From the NCBI GenBank assembly GCA_965235115.1, contig OZ249440.1, positions 35,156,001 through 35,220,000 on the forward strand: a stretch of DNA of 64,000 nt, in the 5' to 3' direction. Each line of letters begins with the position of its first letter. Position 1 is the first letter of the stretch. Below the pieces are notes generated by a model, which was given only the letters and a program-made list of their open reading frames with translations, had not been told where the DNA came from and did not search any database. Of the stretch, positions 61,007-64,000 are shown in pieces. The stretch comes from Laetmonice hystrix. Lineage: Eukaryota. A program made the position numbers and the translations under genes.

Positions 61007-62780
61007 GCCCCCCGTGGGGACCGGGGTAAGAATGTTCCCCAGCCCCCCTAGCTGTTCGTAAGAGGCGAATAAATGGGGCGACTTGTTTGCCGTGAGTCGC
61101 GACATGGAGGGTGGGAAATAGGGTTGGTGAAACAATCTAACACAAACATGGCATCAAACAATCCCCCCAAAAGAAAACTACTGAAACTAACGGACTCGGA
61201 CCGGTTTATGGAGAATGAACATTTGACGGAATTGCCTGATTCATCATTGTTGAATCGGCAGAAGCTGAACGACCACTATCTAAGCTATCCCCTTTTGCCA
61301 TACATAAAGGCATATTGGGGATAGCTGGAACAGTCAAAGATTGTAAACGTTTGAGGTCTGGCCAACTGTTGGTAGAGTGTGCCACGAAGGCCCAATCTGC
61401 GAACCTGCCGAGTGCCACAGTACTCGCAGGTTACAGTATTAGGGCCTCTCGTCACCGGACGCTCAACTCCAGCAAGGGTGTTATTAGAAGAAACTCTCTT
61501 GACACGACAACTGAACAGGAGATCCTTGCTGGGTTGAGCTGGCAAGGTGTGTCGGAAGTCAGAAGATTGATAGTGAAACGAGATGGTAACGCCATCAAGA
61601 CACACACATATTTTCTGACATTCGACAGGCCCACTCTACCAGATGAACTCGAGATTGGCTTTCTAAAGGTAAAAGTCGATCCCTATATCCCAAATCCTCT
61701 GCGTTGCTTTAAGTGTCAGAGGTTTGGCATGGGACCGACTGTAGAAATGAACAAAAATGTTCTCAGTGCGCTGAAACAGGACATGACCATACAAGCTGTG
61801 AAAGCCTGCCAAATGTGCCAACTGTGGGCAAGGTCATTCTACTGTTTCACGCGAATGCTCCGTGTGGAAAAAGGAGAAAGAAATTCTGAAGGTTAAAACA
61901 GAGAGAAAACTTAGTTTCCCAGAGGCACGCAAATTGGTGGAGCAATATCTGCATCCACCGACAGTTAAAAGCTATGCTGCCGCTATTAAGCCTACCACAC
62001 GGACTTTCGCTTGTCAAACGGAGATGGTGTGGGTCAATGGGGATAAACCTGTGACCTACCCTGATCCCGCTGACAGCACAAACGAACCACCTAAGAAAGC
62101 TCTCTCGAGTAAGCCACCTAAGAAAGCCGCCTCAACACAGAGCCAGACAACCTCGGTTCCTCCTCCACAGGCCGGGCCGAGTACCAAGGAACCATCTCTG
62201 AAAAACGATTAACCAAATACCAAAGAGCCATTCTGGTTCGACAAGACCTCATCCATAGCCCTGTAACAATAGACACACCATTACAAGCAATAGCCATTCG
62301 CCTAACTCTGCATAAAGCCATCACTATCTGTTCCATATATATTCCGCCAAACAGTGTCTTGACCCAACAGGATCTTGATGATCTAGTGGGTCAACTACCA
62401 TCCCCATATCTCCTTTTAGGAGACTTTAACGGCCACAATCCCTTATGGGGTGGCACCACAACTGATGGCAAGGGCAAGAGGATTGAAGAGTTCATTGATA
62501 ATCATGCTCTATGCATTTTTAATGATGGTTCAAACACATACCTACATCCTGGTCATGGCACCTATACAGCCATTGACCTTGCAATAGCTGAACCAGATCT
62601 GCTGCTGGATTTCTCTTGGAGGGTCTGGGATGACCTTTGCGGGAGTGACCACTTTCCCACCATACATACCTATGAAGGACCCAACATTGGGGAAAAACAA
62701 CAAAGGTGGCAACTTAAGAAAGCTGACTGGCACTCCTTCCAGACCCTCTGTCGGGAGGAATTCAGAGCAGACACCATTAA

Positions 62781-63160
62781 CCCATTAAGGACGGGTGATG
62801 CCTTGAGGCATTCCCGGGCGGGGGCCGGATGATGCCCTGAGGCATTCCCGGGTGGGGGCCAGATGATGCCTTGAGGCATCATTTGACTTACGTCAGAGCC
62901 CACTGTGTATAGTGCGACAACGCAGCGCTGTGACGTAACGTCACAATTGAGTGCTAGATCTAGACCAACTCTAGACTCAATTCCCTACTTTTGTCTAAAA
63001 CATGGATCATTTTTCTGGGGATGACAGTGATTGGAAGCATGGACAGCAATCTGTTATCGCATGTGGCCGCCCAGTATGGCCCGTCCTTACAGCACATTCA
63101 CGCAATTGTTACGTCGTCACTAGTGCACGTCTCGGCCACAAGGGGCCCGTCTCGAAAGGG
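62781..63160 (+). mobile_element. piggyBac-type MITE (380 bp)
   Basis: TTAA duplicated (62777-62780, 63161-63164) inside LINE; ends CCCATTAAGGACGGG / CCCGTCTCGAAAGGG; three internal GATGCCYTGAGGCAT palindromes. Confidence 0.88.
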
Positions 63161-63498
63161 TTAACGATCCTGAAGCAATGGATGATTTCACCTCGCTTAT
63201 AATCTCCATTGCAGACAGGACAGTTCCTAAAACCTCGACAATTCCTAAACATGTCTCAAATCCATGGTTTAATGATGAATGCAAGCAGGCAATTAAAGAC
63301 CGGAAGAAAGCAGAACGCCTTTTTAACAGGCACCCAACTGCAGTGAACCTCACTAATTTTAAAATCATGAGAGCACGGCACGCCGTATCTGTAAAGAGAG
63401 ACGGAGGCAGAGCTGGAGAGACTATGTCTCCAGCCTGACCTCTCGTACTCCCATCACAAAAATCTGGAACATGATACGGAAACTTAAAGGCAAGGGAG

Positions 63499-63654
63499 TA
63501 GTGAGTAGTGGTGGTTTTCCGCTGTGCCGGCATCCGGGGCCATCTTCACGGCGAAAACAGGGTTAAAAGACCATGAAATGAAAGGAACCTATTTTATCCC
63601 AGGCCCCAACGGGAATATCATTAAAACACACTCCATCCTGTCAGCCCAACCGGG
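63499..63654 (-). mobile_element. LINE 3'-UTR-only insertion (type B), antisense inside a LINE, 14-bp TSD
   Basis: TAAAGGCAAGGGAG at 63485-63498 and 63655-63668. Confidence 0.93.
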
Positions 63655-64000
63655 TAAAGGCAAGGGAGGTGGTACTGGAGTTCAACACTTAAAACATCAA
63701 AACACCTTATTAACCACCACAGATGCAATAGCAAACAAACTAGCCGAAACATTTCAAACAAACTCTTCCTCCAGGAACTGCCTCCCTCAATTCCAAGCCA
63801 TTCGTCCTCAAAAAGAGAAACAAAAACTAAACTTCCATTCTGACAACAGAGAAGAGTACAACCAACTCTTCTCTATTGAAGAACTCAAATGCTCTCTTAA
63901 AAAATCACACGACACTGCAGTTGGACCTGACAAAATACATTACCAAATTTTAAAACATTTACCTGACACCATCCTTCTCATCCTTCTTCACATTTTCAAC

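Larger units (their letters stand above)
61009..64000 (+). mobile_element. 5'-complete, internally deleted LINE copy, runs off window
   Basis: 5' terminal motif 61009-61103, UTR deletion, ORF1 from 61148 with frameshifts, deletion fusing ORF1 to APE near 62227; two nested inserts. Confidence 0.93.

Overview
Eukaryotic (GT-AG intron-containing, probably invertebrate) transposon-dense region with no recognisable housekeeping gene. About 40% of the window is 13 segments of one I-group (Nimb-like) non-LTR retrotransposon family: gag-like ORF1 with CCHC knuckles, ORF2 APE-RT(FVDD)-RNase H, (ACTC)n tail. These include one near-intact copy (14203-19477), and several copies are nested in each other, often antisense. 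Other elements are a TIR-bounded 7.6-kb IS630/Tc1/mariner element with an apparently intact six-exon DD91E transposase, MULE/FLYWCH, Helentron (PIF1+APE) and OB-fold remnants, Gypsy integrase/chromodomain and hAT fragments, and non-autonomous piggyBac-, Kolobok- and Sola-like insertions. An orphan spliced gene with 21-aa repeats lies at 32.4-34.3 kb. The most unusual signals are: (1) about 10 short exon-like cassettes at 34.6-46.9 kb that mostly start after Py-tract-AG and end in AG|ATAAGT (a U2 donor with A instead of G at +1), followed at 50-52 kb by cassettes with Py-tract-YAC starts and AAG|GT donors, suggesting a possible AT-AC-gated combinatorial splicing locus; (2) the same H-type pseudoknot fold at both the extreme 5' end and the 3' UTR of the LINE. 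All calls were made by eye; no database search or folding program was run.
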